Below are positions 37,956 to 46,945 of a stretch of 64,000 bases of DNA, in pieces. Within the stretch, counting starts at the first letter, position 1; each line of letters opens with the position of its first letter. Below the pieces are notes generated by a model that saw only the letters and a list, made by a program, of their open reading frames with translations, did no database searches and had not been told where the DNA came from. The stretch is taken from positions 5,152,001 to 5,216,000 of the forward strand of contig OZ242311.1 in the NCBI GenBank assembly GCA_965207885.1, given 5' to 3'. Source of the DNA: Candidatus Latescibacterota bacterium (GTDB taxonomy: Bacteria > Latescibacterota > UBA2968). Made by a program: the position numbers and the translations under genes.

Positions 37956-39002
37956 CTACACCGCATAAGCCGTCCACGTTCCCGTGCAACCCAATCCCCG
38001 CCGAACGTGAAGCAATCCCTTTGCGGGTTCGGCAATATAACCCGAAATAGAAAACATATCTACAGCACCGTGGCGGCATATCGCTGCGGGATCGCCATCG
38101 TGATCCGAGAGAATGACCTTCATCGTATCCACCGTGATATCGCCCCAGTGTTCTTTGACCAGATCGCGCATCCTATCGCGTCGAGGGCAGGAATCCGCAA
38201 GACTATTGGTTTCGCAGGGTGCAAATTCGGGCGTGAGATAGTGATTGGCGTGAACAATCGCATCGGGATGTGTATCGGTAAATTGCATCACACCTTCGGG
38301 ACGGATTTCGAGATCGGCAATCTGCCCATCGCCAAAACAAAAAACCATATTTCCAGCCGAACAGGTAGTATGCTGTCTGAGAATCCGAAGACAGGTATCC
38401 AGACCCTTCTGCTCGAGCATAATGCGTTTGAGCGGATAGTGAGGCAAGCCCATCTGCCAGGGACAATCGTAGAGCGCATTGGCAAAATGAGCCAGACCGT
38501 ACTGATTCATACCCGAATAACCCAATTGTCCCGCAAAAGTGAAGAGCAATGCTCTGGGCCGACCATCAGAAGGACAGACATGCAAAAGAATGGCGACATC
38601 GGCGTATTCGACCGCGAGATCCTGATTTTGACCGGCCAGGGGATACCCATCGGCAGTCGCAGAGCCAGTAAGCGCGAACGCCGTACACCCCTCGGGCGGA
38701 ACACTGGCGGCCTCGCCCCGCGCCTGACACAAGAGAGCTTCATCAAAAGAAATATCCGCACCATCGGCAAGCCCGTGAATCTCTTCCATAAGCAACGGAC
38801 TCAGCTTTTCAATTAAGGGATAAAAAGCACGCGCATTCTGGCAGAGTTCATCGCGAGATTTGCCTGTAAGTTTATCAATCCACACGAGATATTTGTGAAC
38901 GAGATCTGCGGCCTGTTTGCCGTGTTGATAACCCATATCGTACGCCGTACCAGAAACTTCGATAAAGGGAAACGCATGACCGGTTATCGCAGTATTATCC
39001 AT
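37956..39002 (-). CDS. Peptidase C45 (acyl-CoA:6-APA acyltransferase-like Ntn hydrolase)
   Basis: GYQHG, EEIHGLADG, GCT autoprocessing site, GQNQD, GMNQYGL, HANH. Confidence 0.85.
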   Translation of the reverse strand: MDNTAITGHAFPFIEVSGTAYDMGYQHGKQAADLVHKYLVWIDKLTGKSRDELCQNARAFYPLIEKLSPLLMEEIHGLADGADISFDEALLCQARGEAASVPPEGCTAFALTGSATADGYPLAGQNQDLAVEYADVAILLHVCPSDGRPRALLFTFAGQLGYSGMNQYGLAHFANALYDCPWQMGLPHYPLKRIMLEQKGLDTCLRILRQHTTCSAGNMVFCFGDGQIADLEIRPEGVMQFTDTHPDAIVHANHYLTPEFAPCETNSLADSCPRRDRMRDLVKEHWGDITVDTMKVILSDHDGDPAAICRHGAVDMFSISGYIAEPAKGLLHVRRGLGCTGTWTAYAV

Positions 39003-40536
39003 GGGATAACCCTTCGCGGTTCATCCACAGGCGCATAATCGTCGGCGCCTCGCGGAGGAGATGAAGGTAAACGTTCCCCGTTTGGCGTCGCCTGGCGAGA
39101 TGTTTTTTGCCAAAGGGTTTGAGATTGAATTTGCCAGCGTTTTGCTCGACGGCTTTTTTCTTATTATTGACCGCAATGGTGAGAACGTGTTCCTGCACCT
39201 GATTTTCCTCAGCAGCGTCGAGGTCCAGCGCGCGCAAAGACCAGAGAGATTTCTCACCCGAGGCACAACGTCTGGTATAAGACCCCGCACAGTGATGCAT
39301 AATGCGTCCCTCGGCGTAGAGTTGCTGCGAGGTGATAAGTTCGTGAACTGTCCACTGGACATTGCGTTTGAGCTTGGGATCCAGCGCAACGTGTTCAAAT
39401 TCTCTAAAACCAGAGGGCTTCCAGATTTCCAACTCGACATCTTCCAAACCCGTAAGCTCTTGATGCCACACATCGACCTGGCGGAGAAGCTTATTGATAC
39501 TGCGGCCCTTCATACAAAAATTGGGATGTGGCGGCGGACCTTCGATCTCCGTGCCATCGGGTTGCGGCATGCGCTGAGGCGTGAATTTTTGATTGCGGAT
39601 ATAGTCGATAATGGGATTGATATAGCTGCGTTCGAGAAAAGCCTGATTGGCGAGAAAATGGACAACAGTCTCCCAAAAATCTTCGTTCTCGAATCCTTCC
39701 CCCAGAGGTCCATGGGCAATTTCCCAGGCACTTTTCGGGTTGCCGCCATAAGCTACGTACTGAACCTTGCGAAGGCACTGAACAACGGTGTGATAACTGC
39801 GTTTTTCTTGCAAAAGCAAATGCGCCATGCGCTTTGTAATCCGCATAGGCACACCGGCTGTGCGGATATTTTGCCCCATGCCAACGTGAATGAACCACGC
39901 TTGTTCCTGTCGCGCCTGTGGTGTGCTGCCCTGTAAAAATGCCGTATCAAAAAATGCGGGCACATCGTATTGTGCCAGAAGATGACGCGCAAGGCTGTAG
40001 AATTGATGCGCTGGTTTATAGCTATTAGGTCGCCAATCCTCAACGGGCCGAATCCAATCTGTGTGATTGCGAGCGAGTTGTTCAAGAGCGGCAATATAGG
40101 TATTGACAACCGTATGACCAAAACGCTTGCAGGCGCGTGCGGGCCGCATCAAATCGCCGTATTTTTCAACGTGCAGAACGAGGCCCCCCAGTGCTTGTTG
40201 CGCGTCGGGATCACCGTCGAGATTATTGTAAATCGCGCGAATGCGAAAGAGCAAATCAGAGACAGTCTCATCCTGAAGCTCGCCTTTGAAGATCCGGGCG
40301 ATAAATTTGGCGCGGTGGGCATTGTGTCTCGGGCTAACATCGGGATCGCGCTGCTCAACCTCGCGTTGAAGAAGATCAATCTCTGCCTGACGCTGAGCAG
40401 CAGATTTATCCAGACCAGTATCCAGCCCATTGCGATAACACCAGAGTTTATAAGCGAGCACCCTGTCAAAGCCGAGCGCTTTAAAATGAGATTCGAGATC
40501 GGGTTTATCGGGTTTATCGAGAAGAATATTTGACAT
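38995..40536 (-). CDS. PcfJ domain-containing protein
   Basis: LARHLLAQYDVP.F.D..F; GRS...L.RQV..WH; L..EG..MHHC..SY...C; LTI.V. Confidence 0.75.
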   Translation of the reverse strand: MSNILLDKPDKPDLESHFKALGFDRVLAYKLWCYRNGLDTGLDKSAAQRQAEIDLLQREVEQRDPDVSPRHNAHRAKFIARIFKGELQDETVSDLLFRIRAIYNNLDGDPDAQQALGGLVLHVEKYGDLMRPARACKRFGHTVVNTYIAALEQLARNHTDWIRPVEDWRPNSYKPAHQFYSLARHLLAQYDVPAFFDTAFLQGSTPQARQEQAWFIHVGMGQNIRTAGVPMRITKRMAHLLLQEKRSYHTVVQCLRKVQYVAYGGNPKSAWEIAHGPLGEGFENEDFWETVVHFLANQAFLERSYINPIIDYIRNQKFTPQRMPQPDGTEIEGPPPHPNFCMKGRSINKLLRQVDVWHQELTGLEDVELEIWKPSGFREFEHVALDPKLKRNVQWTVHELITSQQLYAEGRIMHHCAGSYTRRCASGEKSLWSLRALDLDAAEENQVQEHVLTIAVNNKKKAVEQNAGKFNLKPFGKKHLARRRQTGNVYLHLLREAPTIMRLWMNREGLSHG

Positions 40537-40626
40537 CGCACAATCCTGTTATTTAGAGCTATAGAGGTCTTAATTTCACTACATACAAAGACAAAACGCT
40601 CCGCAATGAGGTTTCATCGTAAAAAA

Positions 40627-41424
40627 TCAAAACCCTCGCAAAACCGTGCTCTCTCTGCGGGGCAATCCCTCTTTTGGCGCGCGTTTTAACACGACGTATT
40701 CCAGACCGTGTTCCTCGCAAAAAACTCTCTTCTCCGGCTTATCGCCATCTTCATTCACCGCATAAATATCCGGTTTAATAACCGCAATCTCCGGCGCGGC
40801 ATCCATCCATCCATCGCCAGAGGAAATAAGCCCCTGTTTGACAAAGCAAACGGATTGCACCACATATCGGCGTTCGTCTTCACCGAACATCGGATGATGT
40901 TCGCCCTTGAGCAGACGGACATTTGCATCGTGCCCCACAACAACGTACAAATCGCCCAACTCCGACACCTCTTCAAAAAATCGGACATGCCCTGAATGAA
41001 ACCAGTCAAAACACCCCGTAACAATCACTTTTTTATTATTCGCATCCCCACCCGCTGTCTCCCCTATCGGAAACCCCCTCACATCGTCTGCGGTCAAAAC
41101 GCGATATGCGATATTGTGCGCCTCGCAAAAATGTCGTCTCTGCGACGTATCGTCTCGTTCATCCACCACCCACATATCGGCCTGGACCGCATCGGGAAGA
41201 CCGTCTTTATCCACCAACTCCGTAATAAGCGTGGCGCAATCCACATAGCGAATCGCATCCATCATATACATGCGTTCTTCTTCCGGAAATTTAGGTCGCC
41301 CCTCAATGGCATCATCCCCCCATACCAGCGCGTGAAGATAGCCATATCGGGAAGCCTCCTGCAAAAAACGGATATCGCGCGCCCTCATATCGTCAAAACT
41401 GCCTGAAACAATGACCGTCTTCAT
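40627..41424 (-). CDS. Two-domain cytidylyl/adenylyltransferase-family protein
   Basis: Domain 1 VSGSFDDMRARD (degenerate HxGH); domain 2 VTGCFDWFHSGH...VNEDGD...R.ST..R. Confidence 0.8.
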   Translation of the reverse strand: MKTVIVSGSFDDMRARDIRFLQEASRYGYLHALVWGDDAIEGRPKFPEEERMYMMDAIRYVDCATLITELVDKDGLPDAVQADMWVVDERDDTSQRRHFCEAHNIAYRVLTADDVRGFPIGETAGGDANNKKVIVTGCFDWFHSGHVRFFEEVSELGDLYVVVGHDANVRLLKGEHHPMFGEDERRYVVQSVCFVKQGLISSGDGWMDAAPEIAVIKPDIYAVNEDGDKPEKRVFCEEHGLEYVVLKRAPKEGLPRRESTVLRGF

Positions 41425-41430
41425 AATCAC

Positions 41431-42222
41431 TTACCCTTTGTCATATCGGACATCCACGCGAAGAGCGCCCGGCACGGGCTCTTCAGACACAACGTAAATA
41501 TACCCACCGCCACACCCCGAAAACATCGCCCCGACATATCTCGACTGATAATATTCCAAAATACCCATCAAATCAATCCGAATAGTCGGATGACGCACCG
41601 TATGAGGCAAAAGAGTCTCCCAACACACCATACACTCATTCAGAGACGCGCCCAAACCCCGGATATCCCTGGCAATAATCGCATCATAACAATCCTTGCC
41701 CGACTGACTCAATCTATCAATCCATATCGGATCTAAATTCTTCTCACCCAACGGCTCATAGCCATCGGGACGCGGCGCAACCGGAACCATATAGACCACA
41801 TCCTCGAGCCAACGCGCGACAGCGGAATCGTTATTGGACTCGATATGAACCGGAAAATACCCCCCCTCGTACTCGCAATCGTAGTCGAGCCTGCTCACGC
41901 CCGGATAAAGCAACCCGACCATATCCTGTGACCCCGACGGCTCGGCCTTGCCCTCATTTTCCACCGTGTACAATTCCTTCACCAGATCAGACGGCGCGCG
42001 ATCGGGAAACGTAGAACCCCAGAGCTTCATCGCAACATCTCGCGTACTCGTCGCCATACCGCAGCGATTCATAAAACGACTGGTCGGCTCGAGCGAAACC
42101 ACAACCATAGACCCGGGAGGCGATGGATTGTACTGAGACAAAAAAGGCTGATCAATCCACCCACCGGCAAAAGCCATGCGAAAGGGAATACTGCCAATAA
42201 CGCTCGTAATATCTTTGCCCAT
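41431..42222 (-). CDS. Divergent GHMP-family sugar kinase
   Basis: PFRMAFAGGWID; CGMATST; SGSQD; C-terminal FSGCGGG. Confidence 0.7.
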   Translation of the reverse strand: MGKDITSVIGSIPFRMAFAGGWIDQPFLSQYNPSPPGSMVVVSLEPTSRFMNRCGMATSTRDVAMKLWGSTFPDRAPSDLVKELYTVENEGKAEPSGSQDMVGLLYPGVSRLDYDCEYEGGYFPVHIESNNDSAVARWLEDVVYMVPVAPRPDGYEPLGEKNLDPIWIDRLSQSGKDCYDAIIARDIRGLGASLNECMVCWETLLPHTVRHPTIRIDLMGILEYYQSRYVGAMFSGCGGGYIYVVSEEPVPGALRVDVRYDKG

Positions 42223-42238
42223 ATAATAAATACCCTGC

Positions 42239-43276
42239 TTAACTCACTGTCCACTTACCCGCCTTGCGGTCCGCATATTGCTGTGCAATCCAGGCATAAG
42301 TCTTAGCCATACCGTCGCGCAAAGAGGTATCTGGCTCCCAGTCGAGAATCTCTTTAATCATCGCATTGTCACTATTGCGCCCGGCAACGCCCTGAGGTGC
42401 CGTGAGATCATACGTACGCTTGAGTTTAATACTACCGATCTCCTCAATAACACTGACCAGTTCATTGATAGAAACCAGTTCACTCGAACCGAGATTAATA
42501 GGCGTTGCAACCAGGTCCTCACTGTGCATAATCATATCGACGCCTTTAATACAATCGTCAACGTACATAAAACTGCGCGTCTGATTGCCATCGCCCCAAA
42601 TATCAATCTCGAGTTTGCCGTTATCTTTGGCTTCAATCGCCTTGCGGCAAAGCGCGGCGGGTGCCTTCTCTCGCCCGCCATCCCACGTCCCATAAGGACC
42701 ATACACATTGTGAAACCGCGCAATCGCCGTCTTCATGCCGCGCTCTGACCAGTACTCCTCGCAAAACATCTCCGAAACCAACTTCTCCCAACCGTATCCG
42801 CGCTCTGCCATAGCCGGATACGCATCTGATTCTTTCAGAGCGCGCACATTGGGATCCTCCTGTAATTCGGTATTATACGCACAGGCAGAAGAAGAAAAGA
42901 AATACCGATCAACACCCGCCCAATAAGCCGCTTCAATCAGATGGGTATTGATGAGAATACTCCGCAAACAGTCGATCCTGAACCGCTCGATAAACCCCAT
43001 CCCACCCATATCTGCCGCGAGATTGTACACTTCAGCAGCACCCTCAACGGCGCGTTTGCAATTATCTTCATCGCTCAAATCCAAACACAGATTCTCCACC
43101 CCCGGCACGCGCTGGTACCATTCGGGCAAAGGCTTCTTATCAACGGCGCGAAGCCGCACAAACCCCTGATCGTGAAAATATCGCGTCAGCGCACCAGCAA
43201 TAAAGCCGCCCGCCCCACAGATGACAATCAAATCGTCTTTGTTGAGCATTGTTGCTGCTATTTGCTGCTTTCCCAT
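42239..43276 (-). CDS. NAD-dependent epimerase, GDP-mannose 3,5-epimerase-like
   Basis: GAGGFIA; NLAADMGGMGFI; SSSACAY; YGWEK; RFHNVYGP.GTWDGGREKAPAALCRK. Confidence 0.85.
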   Translation of the reverse strand: MGKQQIAATMLNKDDLIVICGAGGFIAGALTRYFHDQGFVRLRAVDKKPLPEWYQRVPGVENLCLDLSDEDNCKRAVEGAAEVYNLAADMGGMGFIERFRIDCLRSILINTHLIEAAYWAGVDRYFFSSSACAYNTELQEDPNVRALKESDAYPAMAERGYGWEKLVSEMFCEEYWSERGMKTAIARFHNVYGPYGTWDGGREKAPAALCRKAIEAKDNGKLEIDIWGDGNQTRSFMYVDDCIKGVDMIMHSEDLVATPINLGSSELVSINELVSVIEEIGSIKLKRTYDLTAPQGVAGRNSDNAMIKEILDWEPDTSLRDGMAKTYAWIAQQYADRKAGKWTVS

Positions 43277-43480
43277 CGTATTCCTCCAAAGTAAATAGCC
43301 CGTATTCTGATATTATGCATCTGGTCAGTGGAGATATTACAAAAGAGAGAGACAAGACGCAAGAAATGAGAGGCAATTAGCTATATTGTGCGTCCATTCT
43401 TTGGTTAGACACAAAGTCTATTTCTCAATATATTGCAAAAAGTAAAAACCATAAGATCAACGCGTTCCACAGGAGCACCC

Positions 43481-46195
43481 ATGCCGCTACTCAACGTCGA
43501 AAACGCCCGTGAAAACCTCAGACGCTACCCCTGGGCGCAGGCCATTCTCGAAAGCTGGAAACAACAGGTCGCCTACCTCATGGACCAGAACCGCGACTTT
43601 ATAGACGCCATGATGCCCGAACTCACCCCCTGGCCCGAATACGGCCAGAACTGTCCCGCCTGCGTCAACCGCCTCTCCTCCATGGGTGAAACCGGCCTGT
43701 ACGAATGGGATCCCACTGATCCGGATAAACTCATCTGCAAATACTGCAAAACCGAGTACCCCAACGCCAACTATCCCGAAACCGGCAGCATCACCGCGCC
43801 CAGAATGAACCAGACCTTCACCTTCTACCTCACCGACGAAGAACGCGCCCACCCCGAAGACAAATCGGGCAAACACGCCTTCAAATGGGTCCGGTGGCCC
43901 GTACACACGAGCTGGTCCGGCATCATCCGCACAAAAAAAAGCCGCTGGTGCTTCGAACAAATGCTACCGCTTGCCAAATTATACGCCCTCACCGATGACG
44001 TATTATACGCCCAGTGGTGCGCCTATATCATGGATTGCATGGCGCGGCGATACCCCAACTGGCTCTTCCACTCCTACGACGGCACCATAGCGGATTGTCC
44101 GCCGGCCGAAGTAGGCATCTCCCTCGGCAAATATCCCCGCGCCGGGCGTTTTCCCGTCGAAACCATCATCACCGCCTTTGAAGGCCGCCATCGAGAAGGA
44201 GACCATGCGGTCCTCAACAACGGCTTCTGGGGCGCTGGACGCTTTGGTTGCAGTGGCTCCGATGGCGGAAGCATTCTCCAGATCACCCTCGCCTACGACC
44301 TCATCCGAACAGCCCAATATCAGGATGGCTCCCCCGTCCTCACACCCGAAATGAATCAACGCATCGTCAACGACCTCATCCTCGCTGGCTGTGCAGACAC
44401 CGAAAACTGGAGCGAAATCAACAACAAATGTGGTCCTGGCCGCGCACTAAGCGCCGCCGTCGGCATACTCTTTAACAAACCGCAAAGCGTGCGCCGCGCC
44501 ATCAAAGGCCTTGAAACCCTCCTCGAAGATGCCTTCCACTTCGACGGCTTTTGCACCGAATCTCCCTCCTATTCCGCCATGCACCTCAACCTGTTGCGCG
44601 ACATCCCAGAACTGCTCGTCGGATACTCCGATCCCGACGGCTACGAACCCGAAATCGGTCCAGCCCTCAAAAACCTGGACCCCTTTCAGCACTTCGACCG
44701 CTACCGCCTGGCTCTGGAAAGCATGGCCCGCATGCTCGACCCAAACCTGCAAGACCCCGTCATCGGAGATTCCCGAGAAGGCCGAGGCATTGACCCCATC
44801 TACGCCGAAATCCTGAGCGCCCATTACGGCAACCGCTACGCTGGCCTGCTGGAAAAATCGCAGAACGCCCCGCTCTCACAAAAAGGCGACGAATACGCCC
44901 TCTGGCACCGGGATCCCGATATAGTATCCGAACAAAACACCGACCTGCCCCACCACACCGAATGGTTCCCCGGCTGGCACGTCGCCGTCCTGCGCGGCGG
45001 AAACCCAAAAGGTCACACAGCCTTCTACCTCAACGGTTATGGCTTTGGCGGCCATCGCCACTACGACAGCCTCGGCATCATCTACATCGCCCAGGGGCGA
45101 GAAATGGCCGCAGACAGGGGTTATATATGGGACGACCCCAGAAATGCCTGGACCAAAAGCACCCTCTCCCACAACATCGTCACCGTTGACGCCCAAAACC
45201 AGAGCGGCAACCCAAAACCCGCCACCCTGGAACTCTTTGGCACGGGCGCAGGCGTCGAAATCATCCAGGCATCCGCCACCCCGTACGAGCAATGCGACCG
45301 CTACCAGCGCACCTGTGCGCTCATCCAGATCCCCGGCGAACAGACCTACGCCATCGACTTCTTCCGAATAAACGGCGGCAAGCTCCACCAGTATGGCTTC
45401 CACTGCAACGGGCATCTCACGGACATTCGCGGCGCCGATCCCCAACCCGTAAACGAAAAAATCGAATGGCTCGACAACATCCGCGCCGACCATCCCCAAG
45501 CCCCCTTCACCGCCACATGGCAAAACCAGGACCTGCGAATGGACCTCACCCTGCTCAACCCCATCCATCGCCTCCTGCTCGCAGACGCGCCCGGCTGGCG
45601 CTCGGACCTGGGCGACCAGCTCAACGCCCCACCCGTTCAGCAAATCCTGGCCGAACGCAAAAACGACGCGAACACAAATAGTCAGTACGCCGCCGTCATC
45701 ACACCCTACACCAACAAATCACCCATCCAATCCGCACACCTGATCCTGAACGACCCCGACACCAGCGCCATGGCAATAGCCGTAAAACGCGACAGCTATA
45801 CCGACTACATCCTCTCAGCCCCAGAAGGTACAACCCATGACCTCGGACCCGTCTCCATCACAGGTCAATTCGCATATGCATCCATCGACAATCAAGGCAA
45901 TCTCCAACGGGCTTATCTGCTCTGCGGCACCGAACTCCGCTGCGGCAGTCACACCCTCACACTCTCGCAGGCACAGACCCCACTCGACGTCACCTCAGTT
46001 GACAATCGCACCTATCACATATCGCAAACCGTGCCCGCCCCCAACAACCTCCCCGAGACCTATCTCCTGTGCGCAGACACCGGCTACGAAATCGAATCCG
46101 CCTCGGAAAAAACCATCACCGTACGGGATTACCCCGCCATCGCGTGCGACCGCATTGTTCTCCTCAACGCCGCAACCTTAAATCCTGCGATATAG
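43481..46195 (+). CDS. Heparinase II/III-family polysaccharide lyase-like protein
   Basis: RBS AGGAG; DGF..ESPSY; GGHRHYD.LG; D.GY; SHN.VTVD; N-terminal CPAC...CKYC. Confidence 0.75.
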   Translation: MPLLNVENARENLRRYPWAQAILESWKQQVAYLMDQNRDFIDAMMPELTPWPEYGQNCPACVNRLSSMGETGLYEWDPTDPDKLICKYCKTEYPNANYPETGSITAPRMNQTFTFYLTDEERAHPEDKSGKHAFKWVRWPVHTSWSGIIRTKKSRWCFEQMLPLAKLYALTDDVLYAQWCAYIMDCMARRYPNWLFHSYDGTIADCPPAEVGISLGKYPRAGRFPVETIITAFEGRHREGDHAVLNNGFWGAGRFGCSGSDGGSILQITLAYDLIRTAQYQDGSPVLTPEMNQRIVNDLILAGCADTENWSEINNKCGPGRALSAAVGILFNKPQSVRRAIKGLETLLEDAFHFDGFCTESPSYSAMHLNLLRDIPELLVGYSDPDGYEPEIGPALKNLDPFQHFDRYRLALESMARMLDPNLQDPVIGDSREGRGIDPIYAEILSAHYGNRYAGLLEKSQNAPLSQKGDEYALWHRDPDIVSEQNTDLPHHTEWFPGWHVAVLRGGNPKGHTAFYLNGYGFGGHRHYDSLGIIYIAQGREMAADRGYIWDDPRNAWTKSTLSHNIVTVDAQNQSGNPKPATLELFGTGAGVEIIQASATPYEQCDRYQRTCALIQIPGEQTYAIDFFRINGGKLHQYGFHCNGHLTDIRGADPQPVNEKIEWLDNIRADHPQAPFTATWQNQDLRMDLTLLNPIHRLLLADAPGWRSDLGDQLNAPPVQQILAERKNDANTNSQYAAVITPYTNKSPIQSAHLILNDPDTSAMAIAVKRDSYTDYILSAPEGTTHDLGPVSITGQFAYASIDNQGNLQRAYLLCGTELRCGSHTLTLSQAQTPLDVTSVDNRTYHISQTVPAPNNLPETYLLCADTGYEIESASEKTITVRDYPAIACDRIVLLNAATLNPAI

Positions 46196-46924
46196 CGAAA
46201 TTAGCGCACGTATAACCAGATCTGGCTCCACGCGATGAGGGTAGTTTATAAACGGCGCAATCAACTCGGCATCGCCCCCGGTCAAGACAAGCGTCGCACA
46301 CCCGTCGGGAGCCAATTCACCAAACAGTCGCTCTACGGCACCAGCAGCCCCATAAATAACACCCGCCCGGATACAAGAATCCGTATCCGTCCCAACAGCC
46401 GAATCGGCCGGTTGAAGCGCCACATGGGGAAGCAAACTCGTTTCATCGTGCAACGCGCGCAACCCCATACCCAAACCAGGCGCAATCGTCCCCCCGCGAA
46501 AAACACCATCTGCTGTCACCAGATCCACAGTCAGCGCAGAGCCAAAAGCGGCGACAACCACACGCCCCGCGCAAACGCGAAACGCCTCACTCGCTTGCAA
46601 TAGCCGATCAATGCCAACATGGTCGGGACGAGACACAGCGACATCAATCCCCAGATCCATATCCGTATCGACCACCCGTGGCATTAACCCCCATACCATC
46701 TGAACCGCCTTGTGGATCACCTCATCTGCGCCGCGCACTACAGAAGCAACCAAGCAGTGGTCGGGCGTTTCTCTCGGGGCAAAACGCGATTCGAGAACAT
46801 TCACGACCTGTGTCGCATCTTGAACTCCGCTAAGAGATGCACGCACAATCGGGCGGTCGCCATCGTATAACGCCGCCTTCAAACGCGAATTGCCCACATC
46901 AAAAACCAGCAGCTTTCGCCCCAT
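46178..46924 (-). CDS. coaX: Type III pantothenate kinase
   Basis: DVGNSRLK, ASVV, GIDR, FGSALT.D, GG.I.PG, TGGDA. Confidence 0.9.
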   Translation of the reverse strand: MGRKLLVFDVGNSRLKAALYDGDRPIVRASLSGVQDATQVVNVLESRFAPRETPDHCLVASVVRGADEVIHKAVQMVWGLMPRVVDTDMDLGIDVAVSRPDHVGIDRLLQASEAFRVCAGRVVVAAFGSALTVDLVTADGVFRGGTIAPGLGMGLRALHDETSLLPHVALQPADSAVGTDTDSCIRAGVIYGAAGAVERLFGELAPDGCATLVLTGGDAELIAPFINYPHRVEPDLVIRALISLYRRI

Positions 46925-46945
46925 TATTCACTTCCTGTTTAGCGA

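Noticed and set aside
38007-40533. Long + strand ORFs (269, 291 and 187 aa)
   Set aside because: Antisense shadows of the C45 and PcfJ genes with no recognisable motifs.
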